Shown here one piece after another: positions 32,501 to 41,188 of a stretch of DNA of 64,000 bases. The DNA is from a virus (lineage: Duplodnaviria > Caudoviricetes). The stretch covers positions 113,487-177,486 of the IMG/VR virus record IMGVR_UViG_2873737359_000001, one strand, 5' to 3'. Numbering within the stretch: position 1 is the first letter of the stretch; every line of letters starts with the position of its first letter. The translations under genes and the position numbers were made by a program. The notes beneath the pieces were generated by a model, which was not told where the DNA came from, did not search any database, and saw nothing but the letters and a program-made list of their open reading frames with translations.

Positions 32501-32612
32501 TAATATTACTGGAATGGATCTAAGCAAGGCTACTGAACTGAAAAAGGTTATTCGAGGGGAACTCAATAATCATGATAAAGCACTTGCAAAAGAATTTAAA
32601 AAGTTCAGTTAA
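23511..32612 (+). CDS. Tail tape measure protein, exon 2
   Basis: Frame is open from 23511 (SLSKIGNLKK...) with no convincing RBS before the ORF-track start GTG 23568. Gly/Ala-rich hydrophobic segment, long coiled coils, ALVNEVGTE and GFANGG motifs typical of TMP C-terminal halves. Confidence 0.88.
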   Translation, partial: SLSKIGNLKKAINSKDTDTVKSVLSGMDLDTAGKWFGRLNQENGKTIISEDIFSDIFSQLFGELGEDTIKKAIAKGTASKGFKGALSAGISGFAGGLAGIGESIGTVGTGLVSFLGSIWPLLAVGGGIFAGIKGYQALNDKFTLTKGMADKHYSQSTQEYANNQSELESLQSQRDTNQERIYELRAKENQSPDEKAELSQLQEENNLLDSQVAIKEKSVDVSKLKAANDAKTKLEKKGYQKNYKKEAYDNQDKTSINDLDEASEMIDYLNQLKSEYKDRVQKIADEGREPSWIEQKGLDSTKKKIDSLESDVADKVTEISDTAKSMKNDDGSLIDEKFKDTVASADAVVQKYLNSTDSTTATSDKMNNIFALSQFSDLKDKLIAAGKSGGTDAIQKMIDDTDGLKDAMNNAGLTADDLKDSIMSIADPDAKNLEGIKENLEDIFGKDGLGQSDFFKGKTDEELENFWDYLQDNNYNPKQMNWNEETTKKNFEAAQEAKKKTPEESATFASKFKNAAEDTATDIDTVTDNFQSDMKNIQSAMESVTNGTFQNSDMADLIQQFPELSNASGDLKDNLQDLAMNKGAEAIGKIRDSVKDVTDPKQLAQADKYVQSIMDTMDMSDFDVNEADVKDIATKNIKKNADKWVNRDNASKKVSELMEKYSGNEDAMKAIVQLSMDPSMADASIEEWESKIEDQEIQIKINADTKELDNLSKSMTRLQTDASNTQTDMSNKSAFNQKINKDDYDALIKNGDAQIKNYDEQIAHYKNLQKILKENNIDAESTEQWKQWQDNIDAAQQSIENMKASQAEWGDAIKNLPITDITNLSSAITTAMSEMQSDTGLTTDSVKNLATQFSDLGDINIDSLYTRTAKGLQLNTDRLQDYMEQQNDFVNSDFENKVKEQKQIVEDAFKAYQNGDQSLANYTAEQNALDELLNRRNQYFARYQEAQEQFTDFQKMINAENAANAGDEYTTAKSKLDELKELYDNNLIGTEKFKKGAAYFSQNGFEDPENFIENYNHLKKYYTDDSSGPQKFLEDLNKKGLATYETLANGQKQWAYSFNDVKDAADQMGMRYESFQSILGRLSDYGFVNNLVTSTQDGEQQIDELTDDLITEKNKLSKLKANGATDQAIQDQENVVDQLESKISGVNQAVTDYANGETDRKVQDLKEAKQIIKDSKEAYDEAMKSGDTDLAQKLRKNIQDTAKDNNIELTPELNIDEKALDKQIDNLQSEAREKSVQKYKDIQDQLHNGQTEWTDSEDFNAADAITKLEQAQSENAEGFNNLVSNMKKYNLSDLESMIFDNGAYESEDQGLRDMEDQIQGFAESIGLTTDQANMLVPILEAMGTLDISPKVDNSELEKTVTDTQTAEQTLEETTGKQYNFDFNTTDLDTIQKQVDQVKKDIEDTYLKRDENGNVIRDENGIPTYDYSAPGAKETAQIYDASIKQQQQAEYQTSALGQSTSSDEVVKAAQDYMTAKNAMDVETQKYNLGMENKLREATDNATNAMNAYAEVADKNGNPLETDLKNIDPQKLEDQLLGVTDKDLKVKVEADTSDAENDIQSLENLEGSSITINADVSTNGGVEELQDSLASIPQGVSTTVTCDVEGESDVDNLESSMESIPDNTPVTIDCHVENQDQLDQINQKADELNANGKQIKINATVGEVKTDGATSNTPINVKGNVTEVSGNPSGTVDIKGNVTKISGNPSGTVDVKGNVTSVTGNPSGTVNVKGNITGITNEDAVKGKANYTVGHSPKKVPDASGKANFGLGKHPEKAPDIWGTAHYTGDFPTSAPTLSGTVVYHAQILGAPSGAKSVATGTMLSPAHASGTAYNVLNMKRLSPAHAGGNVAIKHNEQALVNEVGTESIVRNGVWSLLPGGAHLENLKQGDIVFSASQTKDLLEHGRTAGHARAYAEGTASLTHAYARSSAANGGGAFGGVRTRTTTSNQSSSSNNSNNNNALQTIADNTDSIAGSSQQTADNTSNWEDPWKNAVDWFERYSTRIDNKLDLNSAISDNYQGNKSNKKNPFSIATKNSTLDYSIDTIKKEIPNYQKQRDYYAWQAEAYGDKIGLSQDLRKLVQEGKIQDIEIYDEDTKSKIEAYQTWYDKVHSVESSIEDLKSKEADLWNQKFSNITDRYDALKGIYSGKNDILSATNDYRKETGQSESYKSVYANNIRAQRTNQIKQNAITAEEIKKYQAELRSLGKEYGTQSTIYKEAQSTLLDLNKEYQEGKTAVRNFTNQLNELKLKDLQNVIDRYDNASDKQSSYRDWKDATHFKGTSGVTQNDLLEGIKTNDKLIDAISARRDEVQRQMLGLSTSSDDYRTLADELAQLDERTANIAKNNAELRQQATQLRTDQYDKAIDKLERITTDCENIQSMMDSDTFLSDDGSLTTNGLTNIALENQSIQTNQKKIATLKQELAEVQQMYDNHWMTEEQFLSQSQQIISDINSAAKDISSSQQNLIDTYINQITKENEYLQDNISKRKEALEAKKDYYDYDKTIKNKTKDINVIKAQIAALEGTTNAVAKAKLEQLKADLVDKQEDLEDTKYDHKIDMESKGYDNLADQADKALDSTTQAVKTNADMQKSVIDNMLKEVQGNYKDVYDNITNIVKDSGAQISKEFDSILKNIGNGKGNFTVTVTSKAKSSVGKTKISNAPGVTGRGKTSGDKKVRRTAKDGSSANNAADENGTDRQATQAVTATPKSISIGVGNSATVKIGFKPTNATYKDFTYEVSKKGIVSISKGKSSITVKGTAVGSVKITIKGHGAGCKSTTVSVKVLKDGAKHTTIAKNVAKSMRTSLDTNDVTKILNATSGKKTVKEVESYVKQYVIQNKNNNVTKTALSKWFKALPAFKGDVSKVTGIVTKHLAQKGKKATVADIQKAASILGYKDYKNVAKWSTTQKNALVSKLKGYGFANGGIIRNLIPANMSTLFGDAIMKNGDTGLISARQGETVLTEKFTNMLEPTVTAMNAFTDMYQKMSAPNVSSVPTQQQNIFQPEYNINITGMDLSKATELKKVIRGELNNHDKALAKEFKKFS
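28533..28706 (+). repeat. 51-bp (17-aa) tandem repeat in the TMP, ~3.5 copies
   Basis: VKGNVTEVSGNPSGTVD-type units start at 28533, 28584, 28635 and 28686. Confidence 0.85.
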
Positions 32613-32618
32613 TTATTC

Positions 32619-32655
32619 GATGCACAATGGGGTCAAATCTATTGTGCATCATTTA
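32619..32655 (+). terminator. Hairpin with GGTCAAAT loop after the TMP gene
   Basis: 12-bp stem GATGCACAATGG / CTATTGTGCATC. Confidence 0.55.
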
Positions 32656-32694
32656 TATATGATTTAAATGCAATTCGAAAAGAGAGGTGAGAAA

Positions 32695-33717
32695 ATGTTA
32701 GAATTTGAATTCAATGGGCACAAATCAAGTGAATTTGGTGTAATTATTTCAGAAATACAAGAAAATGACACTATGTTATCAAGAAATATTATTTTGGGAC
32801 AAAAAAATAAATATCATGATTGTGAAAATAATTTTGGTACGACTTATGATAGCAATTACTCTTTTAATATCAAATTATTAAAGAATCCTTGTAAAATATT
32901 GCATGCTGATATTTCAAAGCAAATTACAAATGTTATAAACGGGGAAGCTTCCGTCGAACAAGGTTTATTAATTTTTGATCATGGAAATCTTTTGCCAAAT
33001 ATTTCTATTGAAAAAAATAATGCAAATACAGATGAACGATATTTGGATTTTCCAGATGAATATTATAAAGACCTTGATCATAATATTTTTAGTTTAGATG
33101 GCACAGATTATTTTACATCAAATGATGTTCGTAAAATCAATGCATGGCTCACTTCCCCACAATTTCCTAGATTGTTTAGATTTTTGCAAAATGGATATTT
33201 TAAAGAAGATATTGAATACTTTGTAACGGTAACATCTATTGAGACAGAAAATATTGGGAAGCCCTACTCTCTCTCTTTTACGATCACATGTGATAGTCCA
33301 TATGGATACACACCAGAAATCGTAAAAGAATTTAATATAAGTGTTATTGATCGTGATTCCGTAGAATCTTTTTTCAATAATACGGATTGTAGAGAAGAAT
33401 ATATATATCCGCTTATATATATTAATCCATATGATGATGGAAAACTTATTATAAAAAATAGATCTGACCAAAATAAAACATTAACTATATCAAATTTGAA
33501 AAAGAACAACTCATTTTATATAGACTGTAGTAAATACAAAATATATAAGAAACAAGAAAATGGAGAAAAAATACCAATCCCATTTAGTCAATTTAGTCTT
33601 ACACCAAATATGTATTGGCCTAGATTGGTTTTTGGACGTAATATTTTTAATTTTGATGGAACCGCAATTATTAAAATAATATATCGTGAACCTCGAAAGG
33701 CTGGTGTTTTCGCATGA
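32695..33717 (+). CDS. Distal tail protein (Dit-like)
   Basis: Follows TMP. EFEFNGHKSSEFG N-terminus, INAWLT and ITCDSPYGY motifs; GAGGTG RBS. Confidence 0.75.
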   Translation: MLEFEFNGHKSSEFGVIISEIQENDTMLSRNIILGQKNKYHDCENNFGTTYDSNYSFNIKLLKNPCKILHADISKQITNVINGEASVEQGLLIFDHGNLLPNISIEKNNANTDERYLDFPDEYYKDLDHNIFSLDGTDYFTSNDVRKINAWLTSPQFPRLFRFLQNGYFKEDIEYFVTVTSIETENIGKPYSLSFTITCDSPYGYTPEIVKEFNISVIDRDSVESFFNNTDCREEYIYPLIYINPYDDGKLIIKNRSDQNKTLTISNLKKNNSFYIDCSKYKIYKKQENGEKIPIPFSQFSLTPNMYWPRLVFGRNIFNFDGTAIIKIIYREPRKAGVFA

Positions 33718-36700
33718 CGACATTGGTGCATAATTATGATATATATAATAGAACGGAACCTTCACTCATCTACCTAGCTAAACCTGGAAAACGATTATAT
33801 ACCGTACTCAATGGTGTGGATACATCTACCGCAAATATTAAATGGAGGACCAATGATACTGCAGAGCTTACTTTCACAATAAACAAATATGTTAACGGGG
33901 AGCTTCTTCCAGAATTTGGTGAAGTAGATGAAATGATGGAACTCTACTGTTCTGGAATTTGGTTTAAAATTGTGGATCCTCCATCTATCGATAATGATAG
34001 TTATCAATGTACAAAAGAAGTAACTGCTGAATCTTATGAAATCGGTTTGTCACAATATACATTAAATGAGTTTAATATTAATAATGGTGAAGATAGTGCT
34101 TATAATCTTATATATAAAAAGAAAATGGATAAGATTGAAGCTATTGAAAAGTATCCAGATCGTAAAGATGATCAGGAATTCATTGATAGTTATGATTCTG
34201 GAAAGTACTATAGCGTAAAGCTGTATGATCCTGATTATGAGGAACTAAGTTTTCTTGATCTAGTCTTAAAACATGCAGATGTTCCTGGATGGAAAGTCGG
34301 AACAGTTGATCATCTTGAAGAAGCGATAGCAGCTAATAAAAAGGCCGAAGCAGAAACAGATCCGGAGAAAAAGCAAGAACTTTTATCTGAGGCGGCAAAA
34401 ATGCTTCCTAATAGAATTTGTAACTTTCAGGTTGATGATAAATCCGTATTTTCATTTTTGACACAGGAAGCAGCAACCGCTTATGATTGTGTATTTGAAT
34501 TTGATACAGAAAATATGTTGATCAATGTTCATGATATTGCTGATTTTGGAAAAGATACAGATATCATTATTGGATTTCGTAATATTCAGAATAAAGTATC
34601 CATGTCACGTGATGATAGTATGGTTACTCAATTCTATGTAGATGGGCTTGATGATTACGGAATAGATCAAGCAAACTACGGAAGCTCGATATTGACCGAT
34701 CTCTCCTATTTTGCAAGGGAGCCATATATGGATGATAGCCTTGTAAAGAAATATAAAGAATGGGCAGATTACAGATATAATGAAGACAATATTAAATCTT
34801 ATATGGAATTATCCAAATCATATAATAAACAAAATGAAATATTGGCAGAACTAAGAGATCGTGTACCGACTGATACAGTAGAAAATAATTGGTTTGAATC
34901 TAAAATTGATGATTTGATTACGGCATACAATGATAATGTTGCGATTATCAATGGGTTACAATCTCTATATGTAGATGAAGATGGAAACACAGATCTTCAG
35001 GCATTAAAAAATAGTAGCGATTGGTCTATGTATGAATCTATCATGAATTATACTCTTCCGGCCATTGTAGCTGCAATCCAAGCAAAGGACGAAGATGATA
35101 AAAAAGATATCAGCGATAAAATAACGGATAATAATGTCATTAAGTTTTCAGAGTATGGAAACGGTAATCTTCTATCTAATGTAAATCCTGTTGTTATTGA
35201 TACATACTGGATTCCCAATGGAATCGATCTTGCAGATATTAATACTGTTCTATTAGAGTATGATCCTACAAATTCAACAACTGGTTCTCCGTCTTATGGT
35301 ATTACAAGAGGAATTCGTTTTAATAAGAAAAAAGATGGAGAATTTGGCGTAATTCAAAAGAAAATAAGCATCACCCCAGATAGTAAACATACTATTAGCT
35401 GTTTTGTTAAATCCGATGTTCCATGTACATTTCAACTTGGCTATAGAACAAATGGAGATAATTCTAGTTTTACCGTGCAAAAAATCAGCTTAAATGGACT
35501 GCAGACGGTTTGGCAAAAAATCTCTTATACATTTTCAACAAGCAGTCACTTAATTGATGTATGCTTTAAAAGTAATGGATCCTGCACGATTTGTGGGATG
35601 CAGCTTGAATTAGGTGAATCTGCCAAAAAGTTTGGATATTTTATTCAATCCGAAGATGCTATGAAATCTTATGAAACAGATTGGAAATTATATGGTATTG
35701 ATGAGCTTGAAACGAAAATTTCTACATATAAAAAATGTATGGAGACTCTTGAAAAAGGAGGACTTAACAAACCATATCAAGAAGGTACAGATTATGAAGA
35801 AGACTATGCCAATCAGATGTACCAGACATATGATGATTATAAGAAATTAAAGGCCCAAGCAGAAGCAGCTCTTAAAGAAAGACAAGCTGAATATGATGCA
35901 GCCAGAAAACCACAGGATGAAGTTCAGTCAAAACGTATAAAATTCGCAGAGGCTGTTACCTGGGAAAAATATGGAAAAGAATATAATAATATCTATACAG
36001 ATTGTAATCATGAACATATTTATTCTAAGTTTACAGAAGAAGAATTATTAATTCTTAAAACATTGACACGTCAAGCAACTTATTCTAATGAGAATATCAT
36101 CACTACTTCTCTTACTACTACAGAATCTGCTGTAGATAAATGTAAAGAATTATATGACGATGCTGTAGATGAATTATATGCAGAATCACATCCTCAATAT
36201 GAATACACAGATGAAGTCGAAAATATTTATGCTCTTCCGGAATTTAAAGAGTATCATGATCAGCTGAATATCAATGATTTTATCTACTTAGAGACAGATG
36301 ATAATGAATATGTAAAACTCCGTGTAACAGAAATATCCTATAATCCTTGTGATATGGATGAATCTATGGATATTACATTCACAAGTCCTACTATATATAA
36401 GACAAAACGAAATGATTTTAATAAAATTCTTGACGCAGCAATAAATAGATCTTCTCACGATGGTGGAACTGTACAGGGAGTGAACAAAATTTCTGATACG
36501 TCTAGTTATGTGATCAATTCTGATGTAATTCAAAGATTATTTGCGAACCCGGTATTTTCTACTAAAACAACCGGAATGACAACTGGTAATTCGGGAGATA
36601 TCACTGCGAATAAAATTGTGACACAGTTATTGAATGCAGATGAAGGTATTATCAAGAAATTAACTTCCGAATTAGTCTATTCCGATTATATCAAAGCAAA

Positions 36701-37673
36701 AGAACGATATTCTATATATAATAAAAATTCTGAAGAATATCAAGATATTATTTGGTATGATGAATCAGATTATGCCAATAGTCTAAAACTTGGTTTAATG
36801 GGAAAGGTTATTGGAACCATAAATCCATTGAACGCTTATTTAGAATTTAAAGATCAGGACGATACTATTTATATACATGGAAATTTAGATACTTCATCAA
36901 ACAGAATTTTATGTTCCGAATTACAAGTGCCAAATAATACTAATTTAACTGGAACTATATCTTTAGAACCGTCTCAAGGAAAAATAATAATGAATAATGT
37001 TATGGTGGACGCTATAAAGAATTGTCATTCTCATAATCAAATTCAGACTAATACTCTTGCATTACGCATAAATAGTACAAATATTTCTATGTATCAAGAT
37101 CCTGATGCAGGATGGCAGCCATTAGGAACAAATACTTATACAGATAGAACCCAGGCTCCTTCTTTAGGTACAAATTCTAATATGTATAACAGTTTGTATC
37201 TTGCAGGAGGGATTCAGTCTTTGGGTACATATAATGTAACGACTAGCAGCGGAAATTCTATTTATGTTACAAAAGAAGGATATATCCGAAAGTATGTTGC
37301 GTCCTCTTCTTCTATGAGCTTAAAAAATCATATCAAAGAAATATCTTATGACGATGCAAAACCTTTATTAGATTCTCGTATATTTTCATTTAGATATAAT
37401 TCGGAACTATATTCTTTAGAAAATCAGGAAGAATCAAAAAAAGATCGATATGGGTTTATTCTCGAAGATCTTGAAAAAACATTCCCAATGGCAGTCGAAC
37501 ATGATGAAGATGGATTACCCTCTTCTTGGTGTTTGCAAGTTGTGGTTCCAACGCATTTAGCAATTACAAAAGAACATGAGCATGAAATTAAGCAGCTAAA
37601 AATAGAAAATGAACAGCTTCGAAAGGAGCTTGACTTATTAAAGGAGGAAATTCATGAAATTTCAAAAAATTAA
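33714..37673 (+). CDS. Baseplate hub / tail spike (Tal-like) with CBM-like insert and C-terminal S74-type chaperone
   Basis: Follows Dit. HTISCFVKS...MQLELGE carbohydrate-binding-like module. SSMSLKNHI...YGFILEDL chaperone motif followed by a coiled coil. Confidence 0.75.
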   Translation: MTTLVHNYDIYNRTEPSLIYLAKPGKRLYTVLNGVDTSTANIKWRTNDTAELTFTINKYVNGELLPEFGEVDEMMELYCSGIWFKIVDPPSIDNDSYQCTKEVTAESYEIGLSQYTLNEFNINNGEDSAYNLIYKKKMDKIEAIEKYPDRKDDQEFIDSYDSGKYYSVKLYDPDYEELSFLDLVLKHADVPGWKVGTVDHLEEAIAANKKAEAETDPEKKQELLSEAAKMLPNRICNFQVDDKSVFSFLTQEAATAYDCVFEFDTENMLINVHDIADFGKDTDIIIGFRNIQNKVSMSRDDSMVTQFYVDGLDDYGIDQANYGSSILTDLSYFAREPYMDDSLVKKYKEWADYRYNEDNIKSYMELSKSYNKQNEILAELRDRVPTDTVENNWFESKIDDLITAYNDNVAIINGLQSLYVDEDGNTDLQALKNSSDWSMYESIMNYTLPAIVAAIQAKDEDDKKDISDKITDNNVIKFSEYGNGNLLSNVNPVVIDTYWIPNGIDLADINTVLLEYDPTNSTTGSPSYGITRGIRFNKKKDGEFGVIQKKISITPDSKHTISCFVKSDVPCTFQLGYRTNGDNSSFTVQKISLNGLQTVWQKISYTFSTSSHLIDVCFKSNGSCTICGMQLELGESAKKFGYFIQSEDAMKSYETDWKLYGIDELETKISTYKKCMETLEKGGLNKPYQEGTDYEEDYANQMYQTYDDYKKLKAQAEAALKERQAEYDAARKPQDEVQSKRIKFAEAVTWEKYGKEYNNIYTDCNHEHIYSKFTEEELLILKTLTRQATYSNENIITTSLTTTESAVDKCKELYDDAVDELYAESHPQYEYTDEVENIYALPEFKEYHDQLNINDFIYLETDDNEYVKLRVTEISYNPCDMDESMDITFTSPTIYKTKRNDFNKILDAAINRSSHDGGTVQGVNKISDTSSYVINSDVIQRLFANPVFSTKTTGMTTGNSGDITANKIVTQLLNADEGIIKKLTSELVYSDYIKAKERYSIYNKNSEEYQDIIWYDESDYANSLKLGLMGKVIGTINPLNAYLEFKDQDDTIYIHGNLDTSSNRILCSELQVPNNTNLTGTISLEPSQGKIIMNNVMVDAIKNCHSHNQIQTNTLALRINSTNISMYQDPDAGWQPLGTNTYTDRTQAPSLGTNSNMYNSLYLAGGIQSLGTYNVTTSSGNSIYVTKEGYIRKYVASSSSMSLKNHIKEISYDDAKPLLDSRIFSFRYNSELYSLENQEESKKDRYGFILEDLEKTFPMAVEHDEDGLPSSWCLQVVVPTHLAITKEHEHEIKQLKIENEQLRKELDLLKEEIHEISKN

Positions 37674-38556
37674 AGTAAATGATGATAAAACATATTCCTG
37701 TTTTTATATCCATAAAGTCGATAGTAGTTATATAGAATTTTGTATTGTCGGAGATGATATTGCGGCAGTCAAAGATAGTTTTTCAAAAATTCATGAACTT
37801 ACAACATACAATGAAGACGGAACTGTTAATTACATCTCAAATCAGTATAACAAAATGACAGATGTTCGTATTTTTTTTGAATATATGGAATTGAAACTTG
37901 AAGAGATTGAAGACGAATCAGTCCTTACAGAAGTTGACAAAACTACATTAAAAGAAAATCCAAACGCAGAGAGATGGTTTGGTGGTATTCAGGTAAAAAT
38001 TATTGCGTATGATGATATCAAGGATCAGGTAAAAGAAATTAGAGAAACATTAAAAATTGATGTGGATACATCAGCTATGAATCTTGATGATTATAGAAAT
38101 TATATAATTGCTCAGATGTCAGATGCATGTTCTGCTGCTATTGAAAAAGGCGCAGAGGTTAAAACATCAAAAGGTGAAATTCAATTCTCATACTCTCTTA
38201 CTGATCAATCAAATCTTAAAACTCTTGTTATGTCCGCAGCGGGTAGCGATCTTGATTGCCCGTATTACTCTTCTGATTCTCATTGTTATATCCTGACAAG
38301 TGAAGATATTATTGCGATTTGGATTGCATGTGAATCTAATATCCTTGCACAGAGAGCTTATTATAATGCTCTTCTTGAGTATGTAAAAACGCTTTCAACT
38401 AAAGATGAAATTGCAAAAGTGACATATGGTATGGAACTTCCAGAAGAATATAAAAATAAAATGGAAGAATCTGCTGCTTGTGGACAGGCTATTATTCAAG
38501 CTACATTAGCAAAATATAAAGGAAATAATTCAGAAACTACAACAGACAATAAATAA
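37654..38556 (+). CDS. Tail-associated protein (DUF4376-like C-terminus)
   Basis: FSYSLTDQSNL...YYNALLEYVK...TYGMELPEEY pattern. Confidence 0.55.
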   Translation: MKFQKIKVNDDKTYSCFYIHKVDSSYIEFCIVGDDIAAVKDSFSKIHELTTYNEDGTVNYISNQYNKMTDVRIFFEYMELKLEEIEDESVLTEVDKTTLKENPNAERWFGGIQVKIIAYDDIKDQVKEIRETLKIDVDTSAMNLDDYRNYIIAQMSDACSAAIEKGAEVKTSKGEIQFSYSLTDQSNLKTLVMSAAGSDLDCPYYSSDSHCYILTSEDIIAIWIACESNILAQRAYYNALLEYVKTLSTKDEIAKVTYGMELPEEYKNKMEESAACGQAIIQATLAKYKGNNSETTTDNK

Positions 38557-38586
38557 GTGAAAAAATGAATAAAAGGAGAAATTTAT

Positions 38587-38988
38587 ATGAAAATGACAAA
38601 CGGATTAATTGATGCACTTTTAACAGCACTCAGCCAGAAAGAATTTATTAGTGGAGCTACTAAACAGACTGGTTATGCAATCTATAGAAATTTACGGATT
38701 CTTACTGAAGAAAACAAAGATTATACAAAAATGATTGGCGAACTCTTGAAAAAATACGGAAAAGAAAATGAAAATGGCGGATATTACATTGATCAGGATG
38801 ATAAAGACGCTATGGATGCATTTTACAAAGAGCTTGTCCCTATCTCAAATATGATCGTAGACGTAAATTTATATCAGATTGACAAAAAAGACTTTGATCT
38901 TCCTTATTGCGAAACTGCTACCCCTCAGCAGTATGCTCTAATCGAGGAGTGTCTTGTAAAAAATGAACCTGAATCAGATGAAAAGTGA
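38587..38988 (+). CDS. Hypothetical phage protein
   Basis: AAGGAG RBS. Confidence 0.65.
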   Translation: MKMTNGLIDALLTALSQKEFISGATKQTGYAIYRNLRILTEENKDYTKMIGELLKKYGKENENGGYYIDQDDKDAMDAFYKELVPISNMIVDVNLYQIDKKDFDLPYCETATPQQYALIEECLVKNEPESDEK

Positions 38989-39005
38989 TTGGTGTGATAT
39001 GAAAA

Positions 39006-39455
39006 ATGGATATTAAAAATTTCATAAAATATTTATTGCTATTTACATTCTCCGGATATATATATGTATGTCTTGAAATATTATTTCGTGGTCGAAGCGA
39101 TATCACTATGATGTTCTGTGCATCTATCTGTGTTATTCCAATGGTTATATTAAACAACAAATTCACATATGAAATGGATTTTTTATTACAAATTATCCTA
39201 TGTACTATATTTGCCACGATTATTGAATTTATATTTGGAATTATTTTTAATACAGATTATCACATTTGGGATTACAGGAATATGCCTTTAAATTTATATG
39301 GAATGGTATGTTTGCCATTTTCATTTTTATGGATGTTTATAGCATCTTTAGTAATTCCTCTTATGGATTGGATAGATTATTATATTTTTAATTATCGTCC
39401 GGATACAAAACCATATTATAAAATATTTGGTAAGAAAATATGGCAAATGAAATAA
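39006..39455 (+). CDS. Four-TM membrane protein (CmpB/TMEM229 putative ABC permease family-like)
   Basis: EILFRGRS, WDYRNMPLNLYGMVCLPFS motifs. Confidence 0.7.
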   Translation: MDIKNFIKYLLLFTFSGYIYVCLEILFRGRSDITMMFCASICVIPMVILNNKFTYEMDFLLQIILCTIFATIIEFIFGIIFNTDYHIWDYRNMPLNLYGMVCLPFSFLWMFIASLVIPLMDWIDYYIFNYRPDTKPYYKIFGKKIWQMK

Positions 39456-39522
39456 AGTAATTATGGAAGAGGCTGGCTCGTGCGGTCTCTTCTGTTTTAT
39501 ATAGAAAAGGAGGTCAAAATTA

Positions 39523-41175
39523 ATGGCTGACTTAATTGTAAAATCAGAAGAAATAATCGATGGTGTTAAACTTGATGATAATTCTATTGGTTATTTTAAT
39601 TATAAAACATTAGCAAATAAGCCTAAATCAGATGTTACTTTAGCTAAAGCTGGATGGTTTGCTGACTCAGAAATTGTTGGAGAAAAATTCGATCTAATTT
39701 TTGATGATAATGACACTCATTCAAAAGAAAATCCCGATGTTAAGGATGAATTTATAAGTAAAATCATAAATAAAAATCCTATTAGATCTGTAAATTATGA
39801 TGGACCACTTTCTGGTAATGGTTATAGTACAAAAGGAGTTTTTGTCGATTTAAAAGAAGGCTTTATACATACGCCAGGATTATATACTACAAATTCAAAA
39901 GCTTATATACGTGGCGATATAACAGCTACAAATCTAACATTAAATGATGGAGTAACAATTCCGGCAAGTAAAATAGATACATTACATAAGGTTGCTACAT
40001 CTGGAAATTATGAAGATTTAAATAGCAGACCTGTGGTATTAGAGTTAGATCATGCTTATGGCAATTTAACAGATAAAGAATTACCTGGAATATCAGTCAC
40101 ATCTGATGGTAAATTAACTGCAAATAATGCTGATCTTAGCGGAATATTTGCCGGGACATTTAATGGCAAAGCAAATATTTCTAGTGGGAATATTGGCGGA
40201 GTAACTATTAATGAAGATGGGAAGTTAATTATTCCAGCAGATCAAATTACAGGATTAACAAAATTAACTGGTGAAAAAGGTGAAATTGATTTAAACGCTG
40301 GAACATTTAATTTCGGATTAAATAATTTTGTTTTTAATAATGATCCCATAAATAGTGATGGTGGTGCATTCTTTATTATTCGTCCAACTGGGGAAGAAGC
40401 GGTTTCTGCATGGATGGACAATACAAATACATTATATTTTAAAAAAGAAGTAGATAACGATTATTATCAATCTTCTATATCAACAACAACATTAGGATTC
40501 TTAACAGACACGGATTCATCTAGTTACTCAATAAATAAAATATCATTTACAAATAATAATACTACTTGTTCAATTGTATTTGATGGAAAAAATATTAAAC
40601 TAGATAGCCCTCTTTTCTTAGATCATTATGAAAGAGCGCAATCTGAAACTAATAGAATTTGGCGTAGGCCAATAGCCTCTGTAGGGTCTGATGGATTAAA
40701 TATTGGTTATATGAAAGCTAAAACAAGTTCTGGGGGAACAAAACAGGTTGCCATCAAAGGTCAATGGGGAAAAGAGGACGTAAACGGAACCCCGATAAGT
40801 AATCAAGGCGTATGGGATAGTGGATTACAATATATCAATATTGACTCCACCTCTGATATACGTCTTAAGGAAAATATTAAAGATTCTACTATTTCTGCAT
40901 TACCGGTAATTATGGATATGAAAGTTCGTGAATTTGATTGGAAAGAAACGAAAGTTCATCAGTCGCTTGGTTTAGTCGCTGATGAAATCGAGGAGCTTGA
41001 TCCTCTCCTAACTATTGGAGGAGGTTATGAAAGCGATGGATCTATAAATATTAAAAGTATCGACCGTCTTTTATTAACAGAATATGCGATTAAAGCGATC
41101 CAAGAGCAGCAAAATATTATTAACAAACAACAGAAAGAAATCAATACTTTAAAACAAGTTTTAAATATAAAATAA
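39523..41175 (+). CDS. Tail fibre/spike with C-terminal peptidase S74 intramolecular chaperone
   Basis: SDIRLKENIK...LGLVADE motif and terminal coiled coil. Confidence 0.8.
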   Translation: MADLIVKSEEIIDGVKLDDNSIGYFNYKTLANKPKSDVTLAKAGWFADSEIVGEKFDLIFDDNDTHSKENPDVKDEFISKIINKNPIRSVNYDGPLSGNGYSTKGVFVDLKEGFIHTPGLYTTNSKAYIRGDITATNLTLNDGVTIPASKIDTLHKVATSGNYEDLNSRPVVLELDHAYGNLTDKELPGISVTSDGKLTANNADLSGIFAGTFNGKANISSGNIGGVTINEDGKLIIPADQITGLTKLTGEKGEIDLNAGTFNFGLNNFVFNNDPINSDGGAFFIIRPTGEEAVSAWMDNTNTLYFKKEVDNDYYQSSISTTTLGFLTDTDSSSYSINKISFTNNNTTCSIVFDGKNIKLDSPLFLDHYERAQSETNRIWRRPIASVGSDGLNIGYMKAKTSSGGTKQVAIKGQWGKEDVNGTPISNQGVWDSGLQYINIDSTSDIRLKENIKDSTISALPVIMDMKVREFDWKETKVHQSLGLVADEIEELDPLLTIGGGYESDGSINIKSIDRLLLTEYAIKAIQEQQNIINKQQKEINTLKQVLNIK

Positions 41176-41188
41176 GGAGGTGCGATTA

